Shown here one piece after another: positions 1-9,471 of a DNA stretch of 64,000 nucleotides. Under the pieces are notes generated by a model that did no database searches, had not been told where the DNA came from, and worked only from the letters and a program-made list of their open reading frames with translations. The number at the start of each line of letters is the position of its first letter. Within the stretch, counting starts at the first letter, position 1. The position numbers and the translations under genes were made by a program. Source of the DNA: an uncultured bacterium. Lineage in GTDB: Bacteria; Zixibacteria; MSB-5A5; CAIYYT01. The DNA lies in assembly GCA_963726455.1 (NCBI GenBank), contig CAVSCK010000003.1:288001-352000 (forward strand). Direction: 5' to 3'.

Positions 1-167
1 AGCCGGGCAAAGTCGCCGACATCACGATCATCGATCCCAAGGCCACCTGGACGGTGCGTGTCGACAAGTTTGCCTCGAAGTCGCGCAATTCACCCTATGA
101 CGGCTGGAAGCTTCACGGCAAAGTGCGCTATACGATTCTCGGAGGTGAAATCAGCTACGCATCGTAA
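1..167 (+). CDS. pyrC: Dihydroorotase, C-terminal part (truncated by window start)
   Basis: Manual translation from base 3: PGKVADITIIDPKATWTVRVDKFASKSRNSPYDGWKLHGKVRYTILGGEISYAS*. This is the typical DHOase C-terminus (G.ADIT.ID...SKS.NSP..G..L.G.V..TI.GG). Confidence 0.85.
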   Translation, partial: PGKVADITIIDPKATWTVRVDKFASKSRNSPYDGWKLHGKVRYTILGGEISYAS

Positions 168-189
168 CTGATAGCGTCGCTAGCCCACG

Positions 190-787
190 GTGTGCGCGGC
201 GTACGTCCTCGCGCGCCGCAAATACGCCTGTGCGTGGCGTACGTCCTCGCCTGCCGCACCAGTAGTCACGCACGGCAGTGCGCCCGTGCGCGGCAGTCGT
301 CTTCGCCTGCCGCACCAGTAGTCACGCACGGCAGTGCACCCGTGCGCGGCAGTCGTCTTCGCCTGCCGCACGAGTAGTCACGCACGGCAGTGCACCCGTG
401 CGCGGCAGTCGTCTTCGCCTGCCGCACGAGTAGTCACGCACGGCAGTGCACCCGTGCGCGGCAGTCGTCCTCGCCTGCCGCACGAGTAGTCACGCACGGC
501 AGTGCACCCCTGCGCGGCGGTCGTCCTCGCCTGCCGCACCAGTAGTCACGCACGGCAGTGCACCCGTGCGCGGCAGTCGTCTTCGCCTGCCGCACCAGTA
601 GTCACGCACGGCAGTGCACCCGTGCGCGGCAGTCGTCTTCGCCTGCCGCACCAGTAGTCACGCACGGCAGTGCACCCGTGCGCGGCAGTCGTCCTCGCCT
701 GCCGCACGAGTAGTCACGCACGGCAGTGCACCCGTGCGCGGCAGTCGTCCTCGCCTGCCGCACGAGTAGTCACGCACGGCAGTGCGC
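190..787. repeat. Tandem array of a 56-bp REP-composite unit (9 full copies plus partials), preceded by variant REP copies
   Basis: Unit gtagtcacgcacggcagtgcacccgtgcgcggcagtcgtc(t/c)tcgcctgccgcac(c/g)a starts at 262, 318, 374, 430, 486, 542, 598, 654, 710, with a partial at 766. There are no unique spacers. Confidence 0.95.
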
Positions 788-793
788 TCTAAT

Positions 794-1376
794 TATAGCG
801 CGAATCATTACAATCCGCGATGTCAAAGACCAAGCGAACCTTTAAACGCGTGTTCCGGTGACGGATTCGCTCCGTTAGTCCGGCATGGATAGCTTAGTCG
901 TTGCCGTGTTGTCATCGGGGATTCCTGATCGGTAGAAGGTTGATTCACAAAACTCCCATTTTGCTCAGCCGCTAATCACCAGACCCACAGAGCCCTCCGG
1001 GGTGACCTTCGGTGCCGCAACCTGTGTTCTACTTATATGGGGTTTTGAGATTTATCCTCAGAAGGAGAGTAAGTGGTTGGGGGAGATGGAAGTGGGAACG
1101 TGGATGCTGGTGAAAGAGGTGGAAAAGAAGGTGATTGGAGGGAGAAAGAAAGTGAAAATATTTTTGAGAAATTCCGGCAGGTCACACACCGCGAGGAGAT
1201 GTAACACTCGAAGACAAGAGGTTAGGCGCGGCGCAGGACCTGCCGGAACGGGGAAAATATTTTGGCGGGTTTGTAGTGCTCTTGTTGGTAATTGCTCAGG
1301 TCAGGGTGAGAAGAATGAGCCGAGGGGAGCAGAAGTCGCCGGAAGTCCCCACTCGCTGAGTGGGGTACCGAGTGGC
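794..1376 (-). repeat. Conserved ~580-bp downstream arm, copy A
   Basis: Reverse-complement match to 51492-52637 (e.g. ttgctcagccgctaatcaccagacccaca.agccctccggggtgaccttcggtgccgcaacctg.gttctacttatatgggg). Confidence 0.9.
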
Positions 1377-1400
1377 AGAAAAAGTCTACGAACTGCTCAA

Positions 1401-2180
1401 CTAAATTGGGTGCTTGAGAATTATGTTGTCCACCAAGTCCTCGATGACACTCACGACTTTGCTTCGGTGAACTTCCACGGTAGAGGGATGAGCGCAAGTA
1501 TTCCGGATACCGAGTTTCTCATCAAGAAGTTTCCGGACGTCGTTAGTTATGACACCGGCCGAGCGAGCGACTTCGATAAACACGGATTCTTTCAAATCCG
1601 CGAAGTCGTCTTTCACGCTGATAGTAGTCTTTGCACAGTGATCCTTGCGCCTCGCAAGTGCTGCGTTGAACTCCGCGAGTTTGTGCTTGAGTATGAAGTC
1701 ATACAGATGATCTACGGTACCTGCCCACGCCATCACAATTGTCGCCCGGGGCGCATCCACCGCTAGGCACGAGGCGGCTTCAGCCATGAATTTCCGTTGA
1801 TTGTCGTCGCCAATTTTTGCGACAGTCTTCTTCAAATAGTTTAGAGCGTCAGCGATCATGGCATCGACCACTGCGGAACTAGGGCCCGTTCCTGACAAAT
1901 AGCTCTCGACCTCATCCAATCCAGGCATGTTAAGCGAGAAGGAGTCTCTTGCGCTTCCTCTCGCCAAAAGTGAGTTCTTCCCTTTGGCTAATAACCGGAG
2001 CTGAACTCTGAGGTCGGACGGCGGCTTGAGTAACCCGCGACAAACGTCTTCCATATCTGCTGCAGTGAATTCCACCATGCCTTTGTATTGGCGAAGATAA
2101 TAGGCGAGCAGGAGAATCTTCGATTTCCGCGAGAAATCCCGAAAATTGGGTATGCCTCTAAGAAATTCAAGCAGTGTCAT
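1401..2180 (-). CDS. wHTH + HEPN (DUF4145-like) putative RNase / defence protein
   Basis: 259 aa. C-terminal helical domain with EAASCL..DAPRATIVMAW and the RxxxxH motif RNTCAH. The N-terminal domain resembles the upstream gene product. Confidence 0.7.
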   Translation of the reverse strand: MTLLEFLRGIPNFRDFSRKSKILLLAYYLRQYKGMVEFTAADMEDVCRGLLKPPSDLRVQLRLLAKGKNSLLARGSARDSFSLNMPGLDEVESYLSGTGPSSAVVDAMIADALNYLKKTVAKIGDDNQRKFMAEAASCLAVDAPRATIVMAWAGTVDHLYDFILKHKLAEFNAALARRKDHCAKTTISVKDDFADLKESVFIEVARSAGVITNDVRKLLDEKLGIRNTCAHPSTVEVHRSKVVSVIEDLVDNIILKHPI

Positions 2181-2187
2181 GAATTCC

Positions 2188-2637
2188 TCACATGCTTGAG
2201 AGCGTTGAATCCGCGGACAGCGTAAGTGAGTACTTGCCGCGACTATGCATGCGAAGTAGTCCCTGCTTCACCGCATTCGAAAAATATTGGCTATGGATGT
2301 CCTTTGGTAGTCTCGCCTCTTTGCCCAACTTATTCACATCTTCACGGCTAAACGCAGACATGCCGCGATACACTTCGAGGTACTTTCCGAGGATCAGAAT
2401 TTGTGAGATTCCATCCTCCTTCCCCTTTTCGCGATAGAACTCAGCAGGAGTGGGTTCCTTTTCACCAGCGGGCGCAGAGGGTGGTTCAAGTATGTCTTGC
2501 TTGATCTTCGACGCGGGCGGGCGGGTGACCGCATCTTTCATACGCGAATAATAATCTGCCAACTGCGCTTTGATGAAATCATCTGAACCATCCAATTCGA
2601 TCTCATGTTCGCCGTGTTTGATCCTAATCTTGCTCAC
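2188..2637 (-). CDS. Hypothetical protein with predicted C-terminal winged-helix-like domain
   Basis: The likely start is GTG at 2637 after GGAGG (149 aa). N-terminal KIRIKHGEHEIELDGS strand module, Pro/Ala linker, then C-terminal EFYRE..QILILGKYLE..F...DV......KYSLTLSA. Confidence 0.7.
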   Translation of the reverse strand: MSKIRIKHGEHEIELDGSDDFIKAQLADYYSRMKDAVTRPPASKIKQDILEPPSAPAGEKEPTPAEFYREKGKEDGISQILILGKYLEVYRGMSAFSREDVNKLGKEARLPKDIHSQYFSNAVKQGLLRMHSRGKYSLTLSADSTLSSM

Positions 2638-2741
2638 CTGCAATCCTCCTCTTTTCCTTGTTGTTTCCAAGGCTGTCTTTGTGACTTCAGGATAGACCTA
2701 TTCACGAATTTCGCGTCTGGACAGCAGTCTAAGTGCATTTG

Positions 2742-2998
2742 CTCCTGACTCGACACTGGTCGATCCCTCCTATGGATTGTTAATGACAATATCGTCTTTA
2801 AGGTTGCGTTTCTGTTGAGGCGTGTCAAGTGCTATTTCAGTGTGGTAAACGATTCTGCAACAGGTCACAGTCGCAAGGCGCGAAGTGAGATCTGCCGTAA
2901 CAGTGAATCAGCCTGGATTCCCGCCTGCGCGGGAATGACATAGCTCCGGGACATACGAGATGATTCCGTCAGGAAAGGGTTCCTGACGGCGCACGAGT
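2742..2998 (-). promoter_or_regulatory. Conserved upstream arm, copy A: REPs, TTGACA -35 (2828-2823), palindrome ATTGT-N5-ACAAT (2776-2790), RBS + GTG
   Basis: Homologous to 48709-48963. The -35 is exact consensus; the -10 (AACCTT at 17-bp spacing) is weak. Confidence 0.6.
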
Positions 2999-3070
2999 CA
3001 TCGCGGCAGGCGAGGACGACTGCCGCGCACAGCGCACGGGGAATTCCCGCCTGGGCGGAAACGACAGGCG
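2912..3070. repeat. REP cluster (attcccgc..gcgggaat; gtcagga..tcctgacgg; cggcaggcgaggacgactgccgcgcac)
   Basis: Three palindrome families, each recurring elsewhere in the window. Confidence 0.8.
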
Positions 3071-3075
3071 CGGGA

Positions 3076-4261
3076 TCAGTACTTATCCAGCCCCAGTGCC
3101 TTCTCGTATTTAGTCGCGATGGCGTCTGGGGAGAAGCGGCGTTCGGCGTCGGATTTGGCGTTGGTGATTAGCTGGTGATAGAGTTGGTCGTCGGTGAGGA
3201 GGCCTTTGAGTTGTGTTGCCAGTTGATTGACGTTGCCCGGTTCGAAGAGCAGGCCGGTTTCGTGATCGCGAATGATATCGGTGATGCCGCCGGAGCGCGC
3301 GCCGATGACGGCCGAGCCGGAAAGTTGCGCTTCGACCAGCGTCATGCCGAATCCCTCATTGATCGACGGCAGTACGGTGATGCGTGCGGATGGATATATT
3401 TTGGCCAACTGCTCCTGCGGCACCGGTGATTTGAGAAATACTTTGTCGGTCAGTGAGAGTTCAGCGAGTTGCGCGCGCAGTGCTCGTTCTCTGTCGCCCT
3501 CACCATAAATTTCGCAGATGAACTCCAGCCGTTCGTTGTCGAGTATCTTCAAGGCCGACAGCAGCACATCCAATTGCTTCTGTTGGGTAAATCGCGCGAC
3601 CACCAATATCAGCGGCGACACGCGTTCGAATACCGGCTGCTTGCCGAACAAATCGGTGCGCGCCGGCATGGGACAGACTTCGATCTTCGCAGGAGTGGTC
3701 AGATCGAGATCGAGCGCAATCTCGCGCAGATAATTCGACACCACAAACGCCTTGGTAGTGCGCTTATAGATCATCCGCGCCAGCGAGCGCATCAAACCGC
3801 TCTTCTTCAGCAGGACGATGTCGGTGCCGTGGCTGGTGACATAAAGTTTCTTGCCGCGAAACACCGAGACCAGCCAGCCGACAATACCGGACGGCAACAG
3901 CCAGTGCGCAAAAATCACATCGGGCTTTTCGCGATTGACCAATTCGATGGCTTTGGTGATAAAGCCGAACATGAACAGCAGAAACTTGAGGAATCCGAGC
4001 GGACTCGCCACCTGCTTGTGCATGTTGCCGGCGTACGCAAGCGTCTCGCTCTTTTCGGGGGCATAGCGAAAGCGATGGACCTTTAAGATAGTCCCCTTTT
4101 TCCTCGGCCGCCGCTCCCGCAAAATGGGGGGCGATTACATCCACGGTGATTTGTCTGGCGCGAAATTGGTCGACCAACTCCTTCAGAAAAACACCGGCGT
4201 AGTCACCCTCCCAACGCGGATAGTTATGCGTGAGAATGAGTACTTTTCTACTCGGCCCCAT
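3076..4261 (-). CDS. Glycosyltransferase family 4 (GT-B), one frameshift
   Basis: N-terminus KVLILTHNYPRWEGDYAGVF in ORF 3764-4261 joins ORF 3076-4122, which has TSHGTD and EGFGMTLVEAQLSG motifs. Confidence 0.9.
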
Positions 4262-4303
4262 TTCTCGTTTCTTCGCTCGGCGACGGAGGCAATTCCCTCA
4301 GCT

Positions 4304-5635
4304 TTATCGACGGTGGCTCAGAACCACCGGTTCGGAGATTTGCGGCGGCGCCGGCGGCTGCGATTGCTGCTCACCTTGCGGCGGCTGCACCCGATCGGGT
4401 GGGCGTTCGCGACGATCACGACGTTGATTCGGCCGACGCGGACGTCGTCCTTCTCTCGGACCGCCACGATCACCGCGGTCTGGGCCGATCACCACGTTCC
4501 GGGCGGTCGCCTCTCGGCCCGCGATCACTGCGTTCCGGACGATCACGCCGATCCGGACGATCGCCTTTCCGGCCGTGTCGCTGCGTTCCACCTGCGGCCG
4601 ATCCTGCGAAAAGGCCGGCTCCGGCTTCCGCGTTCTCTCGTGAACGGGACGGTGGTCCCCCGCGCGATCCCATGTGCTCCATCTGCTGCGTCATCGCTTA
4701 TTCTGTTCCTTCATATCTTGCAGCGAATCGCGCAAGTAAACCAGCGCTTCGGTAATGATGCCCATCACAAACAGAATCAGAGACGATGAATTCCATCAGA
4801 ATCACCGCATACAGCAGAGGTCGATAGCCTGGTGCGGCTCGTGAACGAAGCGTTCATAGAATGCCACACCCGCAACAACTAAGCCGGCAAAGAAGAAGAA
4901 CAGCGACCATTTGCCGAACAAGTGCATCGGATCACCGAACACTGAGACCTGAAACTTGACGGCGATCAGATCGGTGAAGCCCTTGATGATGCGTGACGAT
5001 CCCCGGAATTTGCTCTTGCCGGAATGCCGTTTGGACAGATTGACCGGCATCTCGCGCACCACGAAATCTTTCGCGGCCGCAAATGCCGCCAGATAACGAT
5101 GCCAGCCCTCACGCATCGGTCGGCAGACTATCGTAGACTTCGCGCGTGAACGCCTTGACTGAGTTCATGTCGGTGACTTTGAGTTTCGGGAAGAGCATTC
5201 GGGTCAGCAGATTGTAAAACCAAGCTCACCATTTTCTTGCCGTAAGCGCCGACTTTCTTGCCGCAGACCATATCGGCGCCATTTTCGATGGCATCAACCA
5301 TGCGGGGAATGTCGCGCGGATGGAATTGGAGGTCAGCCGGGTAGAATACCAGGATGTCGCCCCGTGCGGCGGCAAAGCCCGCGTTCAGCGCCGTCGTCAG
5401 CCCCATTCGTACCCGGTTCTTTACCAGTCGCACGTAATGGTAGCGGCGCATCGCGTCGACCATTTTCAGTTCGGTCTTGTCGGTCGAGCCGTCATTTACG
5501 AAAATGACTTCCGCCTGAAAATTGCAGTTGCGGAAGGTGTTGTCGAATTCGGTCATCAACGGCTCGATGATTCCCTTCTTCGTTGAGGGCGGGAACTACG
5601 ATCGAGACCTTCGTTCGTCTATTTCGTCCATTCAT
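4304..5635 (-). CDS. Glycosyltransferase family 2 (ArnC/DPM-like) with Arg/Asp/Gly-rich C-terminal tail, frameshifted
   Basis: KVSIVVPALNE, VIFVNDGSTD, ADLQFHPRDIP, HRYL..REMPVN..R.SGKSKF, then TM segments across split ORFs. The 3' end is approximate. Confidence 0.85.
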
Positions 5636-5657
5636 CGTTTACTTGCGTCTTTCCAAA

Positions 5658-7832
5658 TTAGAAATCGTTTCTGCCAGTTTCTTGTCCTGAAGTGAACAGG
5701 CGTCTGGCAATTTTCAAGTACACGAGCGCCGAGTCGAAATAGGCCGGGTTGCCGACAGTTGCTTCGGCACTGCCAGAAAGGCAGTAGCCCAAGCCGCGGG
5801 CGCTCAGCGGGTCTCCCGGAGAGAACTGCTGTGCCTTGCGGAAATAACCGAGCGCGTCGTCGTACTTGTTTTGGGCATAGAGGGCGTCAGCCACGATACA
5901 GGTTCGCCGAGTAGTTGGGTTTGTCCGCCGACACGAACCGCTTGCAGATACGACATTCGCCGAATCGTCGTTTTGCTGACTCCATAAACTCCTGCGACCG
6001 TTCGTAATCCGACGGCACATACTGACTCGCCTGCTGCATTGCCGGTCACATTGCTGATACGATACAGTCGTACCGGGAATCCGCGAATTATGTAGCGAGT
6101 GATGAAGCCGCGCGGCTCATCATCTCGGCATAATCTTCGCGGGCCCGTTTTTCGTTTCCGTCGTCCATCACCAGGTGCGTGATCGGATACTTCGAAAACA
6201 GCTCCTTGTCGGCCTGCGTCACGCCAAACATGTGAATCACGCTGCCGAAGTGATTGTCCTGCGTCAGCGCCGGACCATAAGGACCGGAAATCACTGCGCC
6301 CTGATTCAGAATCGCGGCCAGATCACGGTCGGCGGTGATCAGCGAGTATGGCGACTTCCCGCCCAGGTCACGAACTTCACCGCGTTCAGGACGATGAGGA
6401 ACAGCACGACCAATCCCGAGGCCGCGACTCCATACACGATGACCTGTCGTGAAACGCGTTTGATCGTCCACCGTATCAGGGCAATCAATGCGGCCACCAC
6501 CAGGAGTACCAGCGCGTATGGCAGAATACCTTGCCGCATCGACATCACCATACTGCCGTTACCGGAGGACGCGATCCAGAGCAGGATCTGCGTCACCAGG
6601 GGCAACAGCCAGATGGCTACGACAGCGACAAATAGTACCGGCTTGCGTTTGTCCGTATGTTCGTGCGATTTACCTTTGGCGGAGCAGCAGCTTGAGCCGG
6701 ATGCCGCAAGTAGTCGAACGCATAGGCCAGCGCCACACCTGCCATTGCCATCGCCGGGAACATCAACGTGGTCTGATACCGTAGCGGTCGATAGTTCCAC
6801 GGGAACAGCGCCAGGTAGCCGATCACAAACCAGGCGAACAGCATAACCCAGCCGAGATTGAATTCGCCGAAGAGCTTCTTCCCGGTCTTCCGGCCGACAA
6901 ACCAGTTGAGCACGCCGACACCGAACAGGAACGCGAGAATCGTCACGACCGGCATCTTGACGAAGAAATCGCGCTCCCAGATCAGCGAGACATACTGCCA
7001 GATGAAGTCGTTGATCGAATCCAGTGCCTTTGGGCGCCCCGTAAAGGCCGACTGCCTGCTCTGACAGATAGCCGGCGAATTGTCCGCGCGACGGCAGATA
7101 GATGATGAACAACCACGCCAACGTTGCGATCGCAAATCCGGCGTAGAAGCGAATCGCCGATTTGATGACTGCCTTGCGGTTTTCGGCGTCATTCAGATAG
7201 AGCACCAGCCAAACCAGCGTAAAGCTTCCCAGCATGAACAACGCGATCATCTTGCCGAAGAAGGCGGCGATGGCACAAGCCAAACCGGCGGCGGCATAGT
7301 AGAGCCCGTTATCTTTGCCGCGCGAAAACAGATAGACGGAGCCGCAGAGCCAGAAGTTCTGCGATGCCTCCAGAAACGGCGTTCGCGCAAACCAGGTCAG
7401 CGTGAAATCAAACGACGCAATGATAGCGAAAAACAACGCCCCCAATCGCGAACCATAATTTTTCAACGCCAGCGCCAGCAGCCAGATCGACGCCAGATTG
7501 AAGATCACGCCGACGACGTTCCCCTGCGCCCGGCCGGTTCCGAACAGGTTGAAGACGATCAGCGCCAGCAGATTCTGGCTCGACTTCTCCCACTGGCTGA
7601 AACGCGGATCGTTATAGGGATTGGCCGTTCCCTGATCGACCGTGTTCTTGGCGAAGTAAACGTACTGAAACGGATCGGTGGAGAAGTCCTGCGACTTGGT
7701 GATGCCCATCGGCGGGTCGGCATCGAGATAGGTAACCCGAAATACGAGCGCGATCAAAAGAATGACGCCGAGTATCAGGTAGAATGACTTCCCCGATACT
7801 GCGGCATCAATCTTCTTGATCAGTTTCTCCAA
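5658..7832 (-). CDS. ArnT/PMT-like (GT-C) membrane glycosyltransferase with C-terminal TPR, frameshifted
   Basis: Polytopic protein with FRVTYLDADPP...DFSTD, WFARTPFLEA and NYRPLRY motifs. TPR-like ADALYAQNKYDDALGYFRKAQQFSPGD at the end. Confidence 0.7.
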
Positions 7833-7841
7833 ATCGGAATC

Positions 7842-8939
7842 CTACTTGAACGCTTTGATCTTCTCGGCAGCGTACTTGATCTGCTCTTCCGTCAACTCCG
7901 GAAACATCGGCAGACTTACGATTTCCGAGGTAACCTTTTCCGTCACCGGATAGGCGCCCTTGCCAAGTCCCAGATGGCGATAAGCGTTCTGCAAATGCAC
8001 CGGAATCGGATAGTGAATCAAGCTGCTGACACCCTCGCCCTGCAGGTAGGCAATCAGGTCGTCACGGCGCTTGTGCCTGATCACGAACAAGTGATAGATG
8101 TGCTTGCAACCTTCACCCTCAATCGGCACAATCACGCCGGTTCCCGCCAGATACTTGCGATACAAATCGGCGTTTTTCCGGCGCGCATCGTTCCAGCTAT
8201 CGAGATGCGGCAGCTTCGTATGCAGCACCGCGCCCTGAATACCTTCCATGCGATAGTTATATCCGACGACATCATGATAGTATTTCTTCGCCGATCCGTG
8301 ATCTCTGAACTTCCGAAGTTTCTCCGCCAGGGCCGGATCAGAGGTCGTTATGGCTCCGCCTTCGCCGTACGCACCCAGATTCTTGCCGGGATAAAACGAG
8401 AAACAGCCCATCACGCCCATGCAACCCGTCGGTTTGCCTTTGTACGTGGCACCATGCGCTTGCGCGGAATCTTCGATCACCGCAATCTTGTGCTTGCGCG
8501 CAATTTCCAGAATCGGATCCATGTCCGCCGGTTGACCATAGAGATGAACCGGCAAGATCGCTTTGGTCTTGCGAGTGATTTTCGCTTCCAATTTGGTCGG
8601 GTCAAGACAGTAAGTCTTTTCGTCGCAATCGACCAGCACCACGGACGCGCCGGTGTAACTGATTGCCTCACAAGTGGCTATGAACGTATTGGCGGCGGTA
8701 ATGACTTCGTCGCCGGGGCCGATTTCCAATGCCAAAAGCGCCATGTGCAGCGCGGTCGTGCCACTATTTACGGCAATACAATCGGTGGTATGGCAGTATT
8801 CAGCGAATGCCTTCTCGAATCCAAACACGTACTTGCCAAGAACGAATGCGGCATCGGCGCAAACGCTCTGCATGGCCGGGTCAATTTCGTGCTTTATCGA
8901 CTGGTACTGAGCCTTCAGGTCTAAGAACGGAACTTGCAT
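7842..8939 (-). CDS. DegT/DnrJ/EryC1/StrS family sugar aminotransferase
   Basis: VPFLDLKAQY, NSGTTALH, PVHLYGQPAD, IEDSAQAHG, FSFYPGKNLGAYGEGG. Confidence 0.97.
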   Translation of the reverse strand: MQVPFLDLKAQYQSIKHEIDPAMQSVCADAAFVLGKYVFGFEKAFAEYCHTTDCIAVNSGTTALHMALLALEIGPGDEVITAANTFIATCEAISYTGASVVLVDCDEKTYCLDPTKLEAKITRKTKAILPVHLYGQPADMDPILEIARKHKIAVIEDSAQAHGATYKGKPTGCMGVMGCFSFYPGKNLGAYGEGGAITTSDPALAEKLRKFRDHGSAKKYYHDVVGYNYRMEGIQGAVLHTKLPHLDSWNDARRKNADLYRKYLAGTGVIVPIEGEGCKHIYHLFVIRHKRRDDLIAYLQGEGVSSLIHYPIPVHLQNAYRHLGLGKGAYPVTEKVTSEIVSLPMFPELTEEQIKYAAEKIKAFK

Positions 8940-9021
8940 ACTATCTCCTCAGTGCAAAATAATCCTCGTAAGTAACCAATTCGGCAGTAGTTGTCAAGGG
9001 TTTCCGGGTGAGGGTAGTGGG

Positions 9022-9471
9022 TCAGTTTGGATTCTGCATGTCTGAAATTGCGCTCAATATCTTTAATTTTAGTTCTTCGCTATCCATTGTATCGTTCATC
9101 ACAGCAGAAATAATTTCACGAAGAAGTTCCTTCCTAATCTTTCCTCCGGCTACATGATAGCTGATATTTTCCATCTCTCGGATGAACCGACCAGCCACAA
9201 AAACATATCCATTATTGACGAGGAACTTTGCTCCGAGAGCTATTGCTATTCTCTTGTTACCGTCCTGAAAGCAATGAAAATTGCACGCTGAGAAGAATAG
9301 ATGTGTAAGCTTGTCTTCAAAGGTTGGATAATAGTCATCATTCTGCATATGGCAAAGCACACCTCCAAGTGTACCAAGGTCGAGATGGCCCAGAAGGCCT
9401 CCCCCGCTAATCTCAACAGTCTTTCTATGAACTTCAATAGCTTGCTCAATCGTTATGTAGATAAGTGCCAC
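9022..9471 (-). CDS. Fic/Doc (death-on-curing) family toxin
   Basis: Fic motif HCFQDGNKRIA; 149 aa. Confidence 0.9.
   Translation of the reverse strand: MALIYITIEQAIEVHRKTVEISGGGLLGHLDLGTLGGVLCHMQNDDYYPTFEDKLTHLFFSACNFHCFQDGNKRIAIALGAKFLVNNGYVFVAGRFIREMENISYHVAGGKIRKELLREIISAVMNDTMDSEELKLKILSAISDMQNPN

Larger units (their letters stand above)
794..2998 (-). mobile_element. Putative non-autonomous cargo cassette, copy A (conserved arms plus wHTH / wHTH-HEPN cargo)
   Basis: 2742-2998 is reverse-complement homologous to 48709-48963. 794-1376 is homologous to 51492-51984 plus 52551-52637. The interior is unrelated to copy B and no transposase is present. Confidence 0.7.

Noticed and set aside
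262-787. CRISPR array
   Set aside because: Units are contiguous and near-identical, with no unique spacers and no cas genes.
794-1376. Group II intron, retron or DGR remnant
   Set aside because: There is no conserved domain V in both copies, no reverse transcriptase, and the differences between copies are not adenine-specific.
1002-1766. 254-aa plus-strand ORF and its counterpart 51463-51792 (minus) as a conserved protein
   Set aside because: The similarity just reflects DNA homology of the arm. Many differences are non-synonymous, starts and stops differ, and half the ORF is antisense to the HEPN gene.
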